Source of the DNA: the human T2T-CHM13v2.0 reference genome, Homo sapiens
NCBI RefSeq assembly: GCF_009914755.1
Contig: NC_060925.1
Length of the DNA: 64,000 nt
Reading direction: 5' to 3' (one strand)
The notes below the pieces were generated by a model. The model had not been told where the DNA came from. It saw only the letters and a program-made list of their open reading frames with translations, and made no database searches. Of the stretch, positions 23,061 to 48,612 are shown piece by piece. The position numbers were made by a program, and so were the translations under genes. Positions within the stretch are counted from its first letter, which is position 1, and every line of letters starts with the position of its first letter.

Positions 23061-23842
23061 TTAGAAGGACCTATATACCATCATCTTAAAATAACTTCCC
23101 CTTGGCTCTCTCTCTCTTTTTTTTTTTTTTTTTTTTTTTGAGACGGAGTTTCGCTCTTGTTGCCCAGGCTGGAGTGCAATGGCGCGATCTCGGCTCACCG
23201 CAACCTCGCCTTCCGGGTTCAAGCGATTCTCCTGCCTCAGCCTCCTGAGGAGCTGGGATTACAGGCGCTCGCCACCAGGCCTGGCTAATTTTTTGTATTT
23301 TTAGTAGAGTCGGGGTTTCTTCATGTTGGTCAGGCTGGTCTCGAACTCCCAACCTCCAGTTGATCCGCCGGCCTCGGCCTCCCAAAGTACTGAGATTACA
23401 GGCGTGAGCCACCGCGCCCGGCCTTGGCTCTCTTTAAAAGGCATTTTTAGGCTAGCCGCAGTGTGGTCTCCCGCCTGTAGTAGTCCCAGCTACTCGGCTT
23501 GAGCCCAGGAGTTCGAGGTTATAGTGAGCTAGGAACTCCCCACTGCACTGCAGCCTGGGCTACAGAGCGAGATCCTGTCACCAAAAAAGAAAAGCGTACG
23601 GGGGAAGGCATTTTCAGAGAGATAGAACGCCTAGATGTTAGTTTGGTCCAAACTCTGCTACCAACTTGCTGTGTGTATCCTTCTGTCCCTCTCCAAGTCT
23701 CAATATCCTCATCTATAAAACGAAGGTCCCTTAAGTCACTTTTTCAGTTCTTCTGAATTTTGTTGCCTCTTTATTATCTCGTTTGAGCCACATAGCCTTG
23801 GGAGTTAAAAATCACTGGCCTTTGGCCGGGCACGGTGGCTCA

Positions 23843-24146
<304 letters not shown>

Positions 24147-24498
24147 TTATAAGGAAGACATTGAGTCCCAGGGTGAGGGGTTATAGATAGGACTTTCTCA
24201 AGATTGCACAGGTAATGTGGAGGTTTCAGAACTTGAGACTAGAAGGTAATGCTGTAACTCCATGACCAGATCTCCTTTCTATATTTCTGTGTCATCAGTT
24301 CCTGGAACTGGCCATATAAGGAAATACTCAAACGTTTTTGAATGAATGAATCTTTGATTTGAAGGCCAGTGCCACAACAGATCTGGTCTCTCTCCACCAC
24401 TTTGATGTATAAACAAGTGAACTCTTTTCCAGGTATATCCCGTGCCTTACCTGACTGGGGGCTCTGAGTCCAGTTGTGTTGTCTTCAACTTAGACACC

Positions 24499-24571
24499 AT
24501 GGAGGCACCTCCAGTCACCATGATGCCTGTCACTGGGGGCACCATTAACATGATGGAGTACCTGTTGCAGG
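24499..24571 (+). CDS. MED18: Mediator complex subunit 18, first coding exon (exon 2; exon spans 24433-24571)
   Basis: Acceptor ttttccAG at 24431-24432. Strong Kozak GACACCATGG at 24499. Reads MEAPPVTMMPVTGGTINMMEYLLQ+G, then donor G|GTAAGT at 24572 (phase 1). Matches the recalled MED18 N-terminus. Confidence 0.96.
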
Positions 24572-24840
24572 GTAAGTGAACTAGGGAACTTGGATTACCT
24601 GTTTTCCTCTTCTCTGTTCAGCTTCCCTTAAGATGAGAGACTTAACACAAAAGCAGCCTGCACAGTTTCTGGCACCCAGCTATGTTTTTAACTGTTACTT
24701 TAAATTATAGTTTTATATGCACTAAACATACTAAATTTGCCATCTTGGCTGGGCATGGTGGCTCACGCGTATAATCCCAGCACTTTGGGAGGCCGAGGTG
24801 GGCGGATCACGAGGTCAGGAGATGGAGACCATCCTGGCTA

Positions 24841-25083
<243 letters not shown>

Positions 25084-26264
25084 TTAAGTATATTAACATT
25101 GTTAAACAACAGATCTTTAGAACTTTGGTTTATTGTGAGTAGCTTGAAAAAATACTTAGTACAACTTTTTATTTCTTTGAGACAGAGTCTCAATCTGTCA
25201 CCCAGGCTGGAACGCAGTGGCACAATAACAGCTCACTGCAACCTCTATCTACTTCCCGGGTTCGAGGGATTCTTGTGTCTCAGCCCCCCTAAATAGCTGG
25301 GATTGCAGGCGTGCATCACCACGCCCAGCTAATTTTTGTATTTTTAGTAGAGAGTTGTGGTTTCATCACGTTGGCCAAACTGATCTTGAACTCTTGCCCT
25401 CAAGTGATATACTTGCCTTGGCCTCCCAAAGTGCTAGGATTACAGGTATGAGCTGCCGCGCCTGGCCTAAAATACTTAAGTTTTTCATCCTATAAAACTG
25501 CAACTCTATACCCATTAAACACTAATTACCACTCCCCTCTATGCCAAACCCTTAGCAACTATCTTTCTAGGTCCTGTTTCTCTGATTTTTTTTTTTTAAG
25601 ATGGATTCTCACTCCGTTGCCCAGGCTGGAGCACAGTGGTGCAATCTTGGCTTACTGCAGCCTCTGCCTCCCAGATTCAAGCGATTCTTCTGTCTCAGCC
25701 TCCTGAGTAGCGGGATTACAGGTGTGCACCACCATGGCCAGCTAATTTTTGTATTTTTAATAGAGACAGGGTTTTTCCATGTTGGCCGGGCTGGTCTTGA
25801 ACTCCTGACCTCAGGTGATCCACCTGCCTCAGCCTCCCAGAGAGCTGGGATTACAGGCGTGAGCCACCGCGCCCAGCCAGATTTTGTAAACAAGTATCTG
25901 AATATGTTCCTAACATTTGAGCCATAGCCATGGAGGCAGAAAGATGACTAAAAAAATGTATGTCAAGCCAGCTGTTACAGGCTTATGCCTGTAATTCCAG
26001 TTGTTTGGGAGGCTAAGGCTGCAGTACTGCTTGAGTTCGGGAATTCAGGATTAGTCTGGACAACATAGCAAGAACTCATCTCTACTAAAAAAAAAAATTA
26101 GCTGGGCATGGTGGTGCGCACCTGTAGTCTGAACCACTTGGGAGGCTGAGGCGGGAGGATCACTTGAGCCCAGGGGATGGAGGCTGCAAAGAGTTATAAT
26201 CACGCCACTGCTCTATAGCCTGGAGACAGAGTGAGACCCTACCTAAAAAAAAAAAACAAAACTA

Positions 26265-27335
26265 TGCCATAAAAATAAAGCAGGAAAGTGGCTAGAGATT
26301 GGTAGGACACATACTATTTTATTAGGGTGATCAGAAAAGGCCTTGATGATAAAGTCACTTGAGCAGAGACCTGACAAAAGTGATAGAGTAGACATGCAGA
26401 TGGGAAGAACATCCTAAGCACAGAGAATAGGAGAAGGGGTGTGGCAGGAAGGTCACTCCTGGAGAGAATGATCAAGGGGAGGAATAGAAGGAGATGATGT
26501 TTGGCAGGTAGCAGAGACCATAATATGTAGGGCCTTGTTGACAACGGTAAAGATGTTGGCTTTTATTCTGAATGACACAGGAAGCCACTGTAGTGTCCTG
26601 AGTAGAGGAGTGTTATTATCTGCCCAATAATTTAATAGACCATTTGGCTTTCATATGGAGAAGAGAGGAAGAAGGCAAAGGTAGAAAGAGGCGATTGCAA
26701 AGACCAGGCAAGAAATGAGGGTGACTTCATTTGAAGGGACTAGGTTGAAGTGACCAGATGAGTGAGAAGTGATTGCATTCTGCATTTATTTCAAAAATAC
26801 GGATTCAATGGAGGGTATGAGAGAAAGAAAGAGGGTGTGAGTCAAAGATGATTTTCTGGTTTTTGGCCTGGGTAACCAACTAAAAACAGAGAGTTGCCAT
26901 TTACTGTGATGTTGAAGACTGTAGGGTGAATAAGATTTTGGAGGAAAAAATCAACAGTTTGATATTGAACATGTTAAGATAAAGATGTCTGTTAGGCATC
27001 CAAGTGAGGAAACTGAGTAGGAAGTTGGATGTTTTCATCTGTAGTTCAGAGATAAAAACGTGGGAGTCCTCAGGGCCTAAATGATATTTAAAGCCATGGG
27101 ACCAAATAAAGTCACCTAGGCAGGAAAAGAGTATTGATACAGAAGAGGACCAGGATTGAGTCCTAGTCCTCCAGTGTTTGGGGAAGATGAGAGAGACCAA
27201 GCAAAGAAGACTTAAACGGAATGGTCAGCAAGTTAAGTGAAGACAAGAAAGTTGTGTCTCAGAGGCCAAGGGAAGAATAGATTTCATAGTGGGTATAATC
27301 TACTGTAACAATTATGTCAGATGTTGCCAAGAGGA
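26265..27335 (-). mobile_element. L2 LINE relic in MED18 intron 2
   Basis: Purine-rich L2 text: GGCTTTTATTCTGAATGA...GGAAGCCACTG, TTGAACATGTTAAGAT...GGCATCCAAGTG, GATATTTAAAGCCATGGGAC. Confidence 0.7.
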
Positions 27336-27368
27336 TGAAGATTCTATGAAGCAATTCACTCTCTTCTA

Positions 27369-27768
<400 letters not shown>

Positions 27769-28252
27769 TTAAAATATATAACAACAAAATAGTGTTATTG
27801 GCTGGGCATGGTGGCTTGTGCCTGTAATCCCAACACTTTGGGAGACCAAGGCCAGGAGTTCAAGACCACCCTGGGCAACATAGTAAGACCCCAACTCTAC
27901 AAAAATAAATAAATACATAACTAAAACAGTATTATTACATTCTAGATAGACACTGTCGCTGATTAAAGGCTCTAAGCCCCAGGCCTGCTGGAGATGAGCA
28001 TTAGAAGAGGCCTAAAGACTTTGTAGTGCTAAATAAGAAAATTCCAAAAAAATTGAAAAGGAAAATAACTTTCTCACAACGTTATACAATACCTTGGTAG
28101 TGTAATTTCTGTAAAATCTCATGTTTGGCTGTATGTTTTATGAAATGCTTCACTAAACTGTTTTGGTTTTTCATTTAAGTTTTTTCAATTGTATACTAAC
28201 TCCATGACCTAAAATGAAAGACAGGACTCAGTGGTGCTTTTTCCGTTTTCAG

Positions 28253-29175
<923 letters not shown>

Positions 29176-29363
29176 AAAAAAATATGTTTTAAATGTCCCA
29201 TTTCACCATTGCCAGGCAGGCATTCTTCCTTCAGGGAGAGGATGGTGAGAATTAATTGGTTCTTTGCACTGTTCTCCTCATGTGGCGATTTCACTTTCAT
29301 GACAGCCTTTCTATATTAAAGGCTCAGGATGTCACGGAGAATCTATCTAATCCCACTGTATTA

Positions 29364-29696
<333 letters not shown>

Positions 29697-29782
29697 TTAT
29701 CTTTTGGAAAGGACAATTTCTTGTTTGGCCATTTGTGTATAAGGTTGGTAACATTAGAGGCTGTGAGCTTGTGTTACATGGT

Positions 29783-29830
29783 AATAAAGCCAATGAAGAG
29801 ACATGTCTGTGTAATTCTGATTCTTTATTC
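29783..29830 (+). terminator. MED18 polyadenylation signal with downstream GU/U-rich element
   Basis: AATAAA 29783-29788, then GTCTGTGTAATTCTGATTCTTTATT. Additional AATAAA at 29666 and 29691, ATTAAA at 29315. Confidence 0.7.
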
Positions 29831-30214
29831 CCTTACCCTGTAAATTTGGGGTAGATTCATTACCAGTTGAAGCAAAAAAAATGACAGTTCCTAGTTTTAA
29901 TTGTGGCAGAGATGAGGATGAGAGTTTTCACCTTTCATAAAAGTAGCATATTTATTGTTGAAAACTTTTAAAATATAGTACAGATAGAAAATAACACCTA
30001 TTATCCAAAGAGAAGTACTAGTTCTATTTTGGTATATATCCATCTAGTCTTTATTTTTTTATAAATTTATGTATATGAAATGTGTTTATTTTATAAAAAG
30101 ATTCCATATATACTGGTTTATAACCCTTTTTTCCCATTCATCTATCATTAACATCTTTCCAGGACATTTGTCTACACTCCCCTTTTGTTAAAAAAAATTT
30201 TTTTTTTTTTTTGA

Positions 30215-30541
<327 letters not shown>

Positions 30542-30795
30542 TAGCCAGGATGGTCTCAATCTCCTGACCTCGTGATCCGCCCCGCTCGGCCTCCCAAAGT
30601 GCTGGGATTACAGGCGTCAGCCACCGCGCCCGGCCTTAATTTTTTGTATTATATTTTTTATTTTCGAGAAAGGGTCTCACTGTTGTCCACGCTGGAGTGC
30701 AGTGGCATTGTGTTTTTAAGAAACGGTGTTTCGGGCAGGGCGCGTTGCTCACGCCTGTAATCCCAGCATTTTGGGAGGCCGAGGTGGGCAGATCA

Positions 30796-31062
<267 letters not shown>

Positions 31063-31816
31063 CTAGTCTCGAACTCCCTACCTCAGCCTCACCAAAGTAC
31101 TGGGATTACAGGCATGAGCCACCGCACCCGGCCAAAATTTTTTTCTTTTTAAAGCTAGTTTATTGAGTTCCTGTTATGTGTCAGTGCTATCCTAAGTGCT
31201 TCAGGTATGTTAAACCCGTTTTGTAAACAGGAGAACTGGTACATATAGATTAATTAACTTTCCCTGAGCTATACAGCTACTGATTGGCAGAGCTGGTATT
31301 TAAATATTGACAATTATAATTGCTATTTCTATTTCATCATATGGATTTGCTATAAGTTATCTAATTGAATCCTCTATGATTTTCAGTTTGATCCCATTTT
31401 TTTTGCTTTTATAAGCTGTGTAACAATAGAGCTTTTATTTATTTATTTTTTTGAGACAGAGTCTTGCTCTGTCGCCCAGGCTGGAGTGCAATGGCATGAT
31501 CTCAGCTCACTGCAACCTCCGCCTCCTGGGTTCAGGTGATTTCCAGCTAATTTTTGTATTTTTAGTAGAGAGGGGGTTTCACCATGTTGGCCAGGCTGGT
31601 CTCGAACTTCTGAACTCAAGTGATCTGCCTGCCTCAGCCTCCCAAAATGCTGGGATTACAGACATGAGCCACTGTGCCTGGCCTGATATGTACTTGTTAC
31701 TCTATGTAAATCTAACTCATAACTTCCAACTTGCATATGCTTTCATACTAATAAAAGTATTAGTGTTTAAATAGTGTTTGCTCCATGACAGGTACTTTAT
31801 TTTTATTATTTATTAA

Positions 31817-32286
<470 letters not shown>

Positions 32287-33679
32287 TGACAGGTACTTTA
32301 AATGTTTCAACTCATGTACTTCTCATAACAACTGTATGAGGGTTGTGAGTTGTTATTATTTCCATTTTATAGATGAGGTTATACAGAGAGGTTTCTCAAT
32401 TTTTTTTTTTTTTTCAGATAGTCTTCTCACTCTGTTGCCTAGACTGGAGCGCAGTGGCACAATCACAGCTCACTGCAGCCTCGACATCCCAGGCTCAGGT
32501 GGTCTTCCAACCTCAGCTTCCCAGGTAGCTGGGACTACAGGCATGCACCACCACACCTGGCTAATTATTGCATTTTTTTGTAGAGATAGGGTTTCACCAC
32601 GTTGCCCAGGCTGGTCTAAAATTTCTGGGCTCAAACAGTCCGCCTGCCTTGGCCTCCCAAAATGGTGGGATTACAGGCATGAGCCACTACAACCAACTTC
32701 AAATTTCTTTTTTCTGTTGTCCAAAGTCAGAACTAGTAAGTGGTGGAGCCTGAATTTCAAATCAGGCAGATCATCTCCACAATCTAGACACGTAATCACT
32801 GTGTATCCACCATGTTTTATTCATTTAGTCCCTTTATATCATAGAAACCTAGATTGCTGCTGGGTGCGTAGTTCATGCCTATAATCCCAGCACTTTGGGA
32901 AGCTCAGGTGAAAGGATTGCCTGAGGCCAGGAATTTGAGACCAGCCTGGACAACATAGTGAGACCCCATCTCTAAAAAAAAAATTTTTTTAAGCTTGGCA
33001 TGGTGGCACAGGCCTGTAGTCCTAGCCACTTGGGAGGCTGAGGCAGGAAGATCATTTGAGCCCAGGAGGTTGAGGCTGCAGAGCTATTATGGTGTCATTG
33101 CACTCCAGCCTCAGGGACAGCGAGACCCTGTATCTATTAAAAACAACAACAACAATAGAAAACAAACCTGGCTGGGCACAGTGGCTCATGTCTGTAATCC
33201 CAGCACTTTGGGAGGCCGAGGCAGGCAGATTACCTGTCAGGAGTTTGAGACCAGCCTGGCCAACATGGTGAAACCCCATCTCCACTAAAAATATAAAAAT
33301 TAGCTGGGCATGGTGGCACACGCCTGTAATCCCAGCTCTTTAGGAGACTGAGGCAGGAGAATTGCTTGAGCCCAGGAGACAGGTTGCAGTGAGCTGAGAT
33401 TGTGCCACTGCAATCCAGCCTGGCCGATAAAGCGAGACTCTGTCTCAAAAAAAACAAAAACAAAAACAAAAACACCTGAGATTGCCTGCAACTCTTCACT
33501 ACCATAAAAAATGCTAAAATAAGCAAATTCGTAGATTGTTATAAAAATTCCCCTGGATGACTGGGCGCGGTGGCTCATGCCTGTAATCCCAGCACTTCAG
33601 GCGGCCGAGGTGGGTGGATCAACTGAGGTCAGAAGTTCAAGACCAGCCTGGCCACCATGGTGAAACCCTATATCTACTA

Positions 33680-33838
<159 letters not shown>

Positions 33839-33955
33839 TCATCTCAAAAAAAAAAAAAAGACTGGGCTCAGTGGCTCACTCCTGTAATCCCAGCACTTTG
33901 GGAGGCCGAGGTGGGCAGATTACCTGAGGTCGGGAGTTCGAGATCAGCCTGACTA

Positions 33956-35860
<1,905 letters not shown>

Positions 35861-35955
35861 ACATTTCCTGCCCAGAATTCAGTGTGGCTGGCTTTCTTCA
35901 CCTTTTAGGTCTCTGCTAAAATGTCAGAGAAGCTTCCCTGACCATCCAGAATTAA

Positions 35956-36491
<536 letters not shown>

Positions 36492-36542
36492 TAGTAGAGG
36501 TGGGGTTTCACCTTGTTAGCCAGGATGGTCTCGATCTCCTGA

Positions 36543-37235
<693 letters not shown>

Positions 37236-37480
37236 ATTTATGCCAGGCACTGTGTTAAATGTTTTATTTAGCAGTGTTCTAAATACTTTTTATTTCTATG
37301 AACCCCATAACCCCTACCTAGCTTAGTACTACTCATATAATTGACCTTTCAAATATTTGTTGAGTGAATGAGTGAGTGAACTTGTGAATGCTGACTTGGA
37401 GACCAAAAGAATCTTGCCTGTGTAAGCTGGTTTGTCCCAGGTTAACATTCCTCTTCAATGAGGTGGTATGTACGCCATGA

Positions 37481-37887
<407 letters not shown>

Positions 37888-38376
37888 TGAGACAGAGTCT
37901 CACTCTGTCACCCAGGCTGGAGAGTAGTGGCACAATCTCGGCTCACTGCAACCTCTGCCTCCCAAGCAATTCTCGTGCCTCAAGCGATTCTCATACCTCA
38001 GCTTCCCAAGTAGCTGGGAATGTACCACCATGCTCAGCTAAATATTTTGTATTTTTAGATAAAATTTTTAGACAGGGTTTCGCCTCGTTGGCCAGGCTGG
38101 TCTTGAACTCCTGGGCTCAAGCGATCTGCCTGCTTTGGCCTCCCAAAGTGCTAGGATTACAGGTGTGAGCCACTGTGCCTGGCCAGCTGTGGCTTTTTCA
38201 CTCTGAAGAAGCCATTCACGCTTTAGTACTCTAATTTATTTCTCAGAACTGAAAAAACAAATTTTAAAAAGTTGCTCTAGGTAGCCGGGTGCGGTGGCTC
38301 ACACCTGTAATCCCAGCACTTTGGGAGGCCAAGGCAGGTGGATCACAAGGTCAGGAGATTGAGACCGTCCTGGCTA

Positions 38377-38559
<183 letters not shown>

Positions 38560-39369
38560 TCACAGAAAAAAAAAAAGTTGCTCTAGGCAAAAATGTTAAA
38601 ATTTACAACATTTAAGGTCACGGAGAACATGGAGAAAGGAGTACATTTTTGGAGGAAATAAAAATCAATGCCAACTCTTCTTAAGCTCATTTAGCCTAAG
38701 AAAATAATTAAGAATTTTCACAAAGGTTTAGTATAAGGATGCTTATCTTAGTGATGTGTGTGATTTAGCAAAAAATGGAAATAATTTTCCATTTTTTATT
38801 TATTTATTTTTTTGAGACAGGGTCTCGCTCTGTTGCCCAGGCTAGAATACAGTGGTGCCAACATGGCTCACTGCAGCCTTGACCTCCAGGGCTCAAACAA
38901 TCCTCCCTCCTCAGACTCCCAAAGTGCTGGGGTTATAGGCGTGCACCACCATGCTTAGCGGAAATAATCTTGATGTCTAATAAAAGGGAATGGAATAATT
39001 AAATGAAACTGCACATCCATATAATAAGATACAGCTATACAAAAAGAATTTGTAGAAATGAATTTAATGGAAAAATATCCCAGATAGTTAACTTATTAAC
39101 TGTGTGGCCTAAGGTAAATTACTTAACTCCTCTGCCTTAGTGTCCTTATCATTAAATGGGATACTAATAGTGCCTTCTTTATAGTGTTATCATGGGGTTT
39201 AAATGAGTTATTATATGTAATAACATTTGGGATAGTACCTGGCCTAGAGTAAACATTATATACATATAAATTGTAATTATTGTAAGAAAAGCTTTAAAAT
39301 AGTATGTTAATATGCTACTTTTTTATAGTACATGTACATAGATATAATGGTATGAAAGTAAATATTTCA

Positions 39370-39504
<135 letters not shown>

Positions 39505-39853
39505 TTAGGGGGGCATGGTGGTACACACCTGTAATCCCAGCTACTCGGGAGGCTGAGGTGGGAGAATCACCTGGGCTCAGTAGGTTGAGGTTGCAGTGAG
39601 CCAAGATGTCGCCACTGCACTCTAGCATGGGTAACAGAGTGAGACTCCATTTCAAACAATAACAACAACAACACACACAAAGAAAACATAAAACAGAGAA
39701 AGAGTGTTGCTTTAGTAGGGGAGTAAGGATGTCTGGGATTTTCCACCTTGCCTGTGCCATGCTTGTTAGCCCCTGTGGCCAGTATATGAGTGTGAAGGAG
39801 GAGTCAGCCTTCTCCATCTCCTTTGAAAAGTGATCTCCTCTTTTTTCAAATGA

Positions 39854-40148
<295 letters not shown>

Positions 40149-41359
40149 TGACAGATCAAATATGGGGCCCAAGGATAAAGAACCAACATTTAACTCTAGA
40201 GGCAGAGACAGGATGTGAGTCATCACACTGGCCTTTCGTCAAGTTGACTATAATTGTTTCTGTGTTTGTCCTCCGTGGTATGAATATGAACTGACAAGAC
40301 TAATTTAGAAAAACAAACAAATATATCAGAAGATAAACATTTAAATAAGTAGTTTCCTTCAAAGTATTTATTTTGATAAATGAACACTTTAGCATTGTTC
40401 AAGTAATCATTGGATTTTTGGGGTGGGTTGGGGAGATGTCAAACAAATTGATTTCAAAATAGGTTTACGGTACTATTTTAGGTATGGTATTTCTTGAAGA
40501 AAAAAAGTATACCCATTACTCTTGCTAGGTTGGCCAGGCTGATCTTGAACCCTGGCCTCAAGTGATCCTCCCACCTCAGCCTTCCAAAATGCTAGGATTA
40601 TAGGCATAAGCCACCATGCCTGGCCCTAAAATGGGGTTTTTTTTTGTTTTTTTAGATGCAGTTTCGCTTTTGTTGCCCAGGCTGAAGGGCAGTGGCGTGA
40701 TCTCGGCTCCCTGCAATCTCCACGTCCCGGGTTCAAGTAATTCTCTTGCCTCAGCCTCCTGAGTAGCTTGGATTACAGGTGCCTGCCACCACGCCCAGCT
40801 AATTTTTCTGTATTTTTAGTAGAGACCAGGTTTCACCACGTTGGCGAGGCTGGTCTTCAACTCCTACCTCAGGTGATCCGCCCGCTTCGGCCTCCCAAAA
40901 AGTGCTGGGATTACAGGCCTGAGCCACCACGCCCAGCCACTTATATTTCTTAGTAATAAAAATCTTGAAACAGAGAAGCATTTGGCCGGGCGCGGTGGCT
41001 CACACCTGTAATCCCAGCACTTTGGGAGGCCAAGGTGGGTGGATCACAAGGTCAGGAGTTCAAGACCAGCCTGGCCAAGATGGTGAAACCCCGTCTCTAC
41101 TAAAAATACAAAAAATTAGCTGGGCATGGTGGCACGTGCCTGTAATCCCAGCTACTCAGGAGGCTGAGGCAGAGAATTGCTTAAACCTGGGGAGCAGAAG
41201 TTGCAGTGAGCCGAGATCATGCCACTGCACTCCAGCCTGGGCGACAGAGTGAGACTCCGTCTCAAAAAAAACAAAAACAAAAAAAAAGAGAGAGAAGCAG
41301 TTAAATAAATTTTGGCAAACCCATTTGATGGAATATTATGCAGCCATTAAAATTATTAT

Positions 41360-42490
<1,131 letters not shown>

Positions 42491-42840
42491 CCAGGCGCCT
42501 TGGCTCACACCTGTAATCTTAGCACTTTGGGAGGCCGAGGAGGGCGGATCACTTCAGGTCAGGAGTTCAAGACCAGCCTGGCCAGCACAGTGAAACCCAG
42601 TCTCTACTAAAAATACAAAAATTAGCCAGAAATCGCTTGAACCCGGGAGGTGGAGGTTGCAGTGAGCCACGATGGTGCCACTGCACTCCAGCCCGGGCAA
42701 CAGAGTGAGACTTTGTCTCACTCTTAAATAAATAAGTAAATTAATTAATTAAAGCTGCAGGCCAGGCACGGTGGTTCACACCTGTGATCCCAGCACTTTG
42801 GGAGGCTAAGTTAGGAGGATAGCTTCAGCCCAGGAATTCA

Positions 42841-43197
<357 letters not shown>

Positions 43198-43437
43198 TCA
43201 ATATATCCTACAGTAATGATAGGAAACAATTTACATAGCGAAAACCATGCAACTATTTAAAGTGTTATTGTAGAAAAACTTAATGTATCATGCATATAAT
43301 CCCAGCTACTTGGGAGGCTGAGGCAAGAGGATCACTTGAGCCCAAGGAGTTCAAAACCAGCCTGGGCAACATAGTGACACATGTGTCTACTAGAAAGAGA
43401 TACAAAAATGGTTAATAGGTAGTGGGATTATGCATAA

Positions 43438-43679
<242 letters not shown>

Positions 43680-43884
43680 TGAGGCTGGTCTCGAACTCCT
43701 GACCTCAGGTGATCTGCCCACCTCGGCCTCCCAAAGTGCTGGGATTACAGGTGTGAGCCACCGCGCCCGGCTATGAGTTTTGTTTCTTTGTATGTTTTTG
43801 CGGAAGAGGGTTGAGACAGGGTCCTACTCTCTGGCCCAGGCTGGAGTGCAGTGGTGTGATCATGGCTTACTGTAGCCTCTACCT

Positions 43885-44698
<814 letters not shown>

Positions 44699-45012
44699 TT
44701 ATCCGCCTGCCTCAGCCTCCCACAGTGCTGGGATTACAGGCGTGAGCCACCACTGTTGGCCTAAAAATGTCTTTTTATGGTTTGTTTGAGTCAGGATCCA
44801 CTCAAGGTCAACATGTTACATTTGCTTGTGATGTCTTTGCTTCCTTTTTAAAGTATAACATTTTCCTCCTCTCAATACCAGGAAGCCCATCTTCTTTTGG
44901 AGACCCTAGATTATCCTAGTGGCCTCCTGCGGGGAGGATATTGGTGTGGCGAGTGGATGGCAACGGTTGCGCTAGACCAGAAGTTGTAGTATTACTACCT
45001 TTTTTTTTTTGA

Positions 45013-45219
<207 letters not shown>

Positions 45220-45222
45220 TGA

Positions 45223-45483
<261 letters not shown>

Positions 45484-45804
45484 TAGCTAGGATGGTCTCG
45501 AGCTCCTGACCTCGTGATCCACCCACCTCCGCCTCCCAAAGTGCTGGGATTACAGGCATGAGTCACTACACCCAGCCCCTCCCTCCTCTTGAGGATTCCT
45601 TTTGCTTTTCTCCTGTATTGACTTTCCCATTTCCTGTTTCCAGAATTTTATCTAAAGTTACCTGAACTGTATCTTTGTTTGCCCTCCGGTTTTGGTAGAC
45701 CATATCTGCCAGTAGTTTCTTGTGAAATGATGCATCAGAGGTAAAAATGTTTAGATCTTGTATATCTGATTATGTCTTTACCCACATGTTTGAACGATGG
45801 TGTT

Positions 45805-45838
<34 letters not shown>

Positions 45839-46803
45839 AGTCTCGCACTCTAGCCCAGGCTGGAGTGCAGTGGCGCCATCTCGGCTCACTGCAAGCTCCG
45901 CCTCCCAGGTTGACGCCATTCTCCTGCCTCAGCCTCCTGAGTAGCTGGGACTACAGGCGCCGGCCACGACGCCCGGCTAATTTTTTGTATTTTTAGTAGA
46001 GACGGGGTTTCACCGTGTTAGCCAGGATGGTCTCAATCTCCTGACCTTGTGATCCGCCCGCCTTGGCCTCCCAAAGTGCTGGGATTACAGGCGTGAGCCA
46101 CCGTGCCCGGCTGATGTTAATGTTTTAACAAGGTACAGAATCCTAGGTTGGAAATCATCACCTTTCGGAATTTTGAAGGCATTCCTCCCTTCTTTTACTT
46201 CAAGTGTTGCCATTGAGAGGTCTAAAGCCATTCTGATCTCTGATCTGCTATGTGGGACTTGTATCTTTTCTGTTTGGAAACTGATAGAATCTTGTCTTTG
46301 TCTGCAGGTCCTGACATGTCAGTGGTGAGTCATGATATAGGTTTATTCTCATTCATTGTGCTAGGCACACAGTGGGCCCTTTCAATCTGGAAATTTGTGG
46401 AAAATATTTTAAATTATTTTATGATATCTCCTCAACTTTTTTTTTTAGACAGTCTCTGTTGCCAGGCTGGAGTGCAGTAGTGCGATTTTGGCTCACTGAA
46501 ACCTCTGCCTCCTGGGTTCAAGCGATTCTCCTGCCTCAGCCTCCCGAGTAGCTGGGATTACAGGTGACCACCACCATGCCCGGCTAATTTTTGTATTTTT
46601 TAGTGGAGACGGGGTTTCACCATGTTGACAAGGCTAGTCTTGAACTCCTGACCTCAAGTGATTAGCCTCCCTCAGCCTCCCAAAGTGCTGGGATTACAGG
46701 CGTGAGCCACTGCGCCCGGCCATAAATAAATATTTAATTAAAATAAATTAAGAAAAAGCTTTCTCTCTGCATTGTCTCAATTTCCTACAAGTTTCTTTCT
46801 TCC

Positions 46804-47172
<369 letters not shown>

Positions 47173-47175
47173 TTA

Positions 47176-47333
<158 letters not shown>

Positions 47334-48560
47334 TCAGAAAAAAAAAGAAAAAAGTAGATGAAATCTCCAAAGCTCATTTCCTTACCTGTAAAATGAGAAA
47401 TAATAATATAATTAAACTATGATATCAGCCTTTTGGAATGAACATGAGAGTTAAAGGAGATAATAATGTAAACTGCTTAACACAGAGCTCAGAGTAAGCA
47501 CTTTTAATTTTTAGCTATGATCATGATCTTTTTTTTTTTAGATGGGAGACTCTCTGTTGCCCAGGCTGGGGTATAGTGGTGCAATCTCAGCTCACTGCAA
47601 CCTCCGCCTCCTAGGCTCAAGCAATTCTCCTGCCTCAGCCTCCTGAGCAGCTAGGACTACAGGCACATGCCACCACGCCCAGCTTTTTTATTTTTTTTTC
47701 CGTATTTTTAGTGGAGACAGGCTTTCACCATGTTGGCCAGGCTGGTCTCAAAACTCCTGACCCCAGGTGATCTGCCTGCCTCAGCCTCCCAAAGTGCTGG
47801 AATTACAGGCTTGAGCCATCATGCCCGGCCGATCATGACCATTTAAATTTTCATTAAGGTACTTCATGCAGTGCTTGGCACATGGTTGATGCTCAAACCT
47901 ATAGCTATTGCAATAAGTTACCTACAGTTTCCAACTGCTAGGGTTATGGCTTTGTTATTTATTTTTTAAAAATTGTTAGTGATTAACACGATCTTTAGCC
48001 TAGTACCTAGGAACTTGTCTCATCATCTTGGTAACTGACAAGGCCTGGCACCATGCCTGGCATCATGCCTGGCACGTAGTAGGCACTCAGTACATAGCTG
48101 TTGAATCATATTAAATTGAAATGAATATCCATTCAGACATTAGCACAAGAGCTGTGTCACTAAATAGCTGTCATTGCAAAATTTACAGACAACAATGACA
48201 CAGACATGCTTGCATAGTTTGTAAGCCACGATTTCAACTTCCTGCATTGCAGACATCTCAATTAATAATCCCATTCCACTCACATGATCCTTAGAAAGAA
48301 AGGGCAAACTAATAGAAATATCTGGTTTAGCAACTAAAAGAATGAGCTCTAGTCTAGGTAGATAGAGGCTTACATCCTGGCTTCAATATCACCTAGTGGG
48401 TCAGTTACTTAATCTCTGAGTTTCAGTTTTCTTATCTGTGAGAAGGGAATAATAATAGAATCTATTTAATGAAGTTATTGTGAGAATAGTGCCTTCCAAC
48501 TGCTGTTCTCTTTGCCTGAAACACTCGTTTCATGAAGGGTGAAACCCCATGTTTGGATTT

Positions 48561-48561
48561 T

Positions 48562-48603
<42 letters not shown>

Positions 48604-48612
48604 CAGAGAGAC
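48561..48612. repeat. (TG)n(AG)n microsatellite at an antisense Alu tail
   Basis: Directly visible. Confidence 0.9.

Noticed and set aside
28231-28252. N-terminus MVLFPFS of the 191-aa ORF
   Set aside because: This is the intron-2 polypyrimidine tract and acceptor read from a GTG. The real frame is spliced from exon 2.
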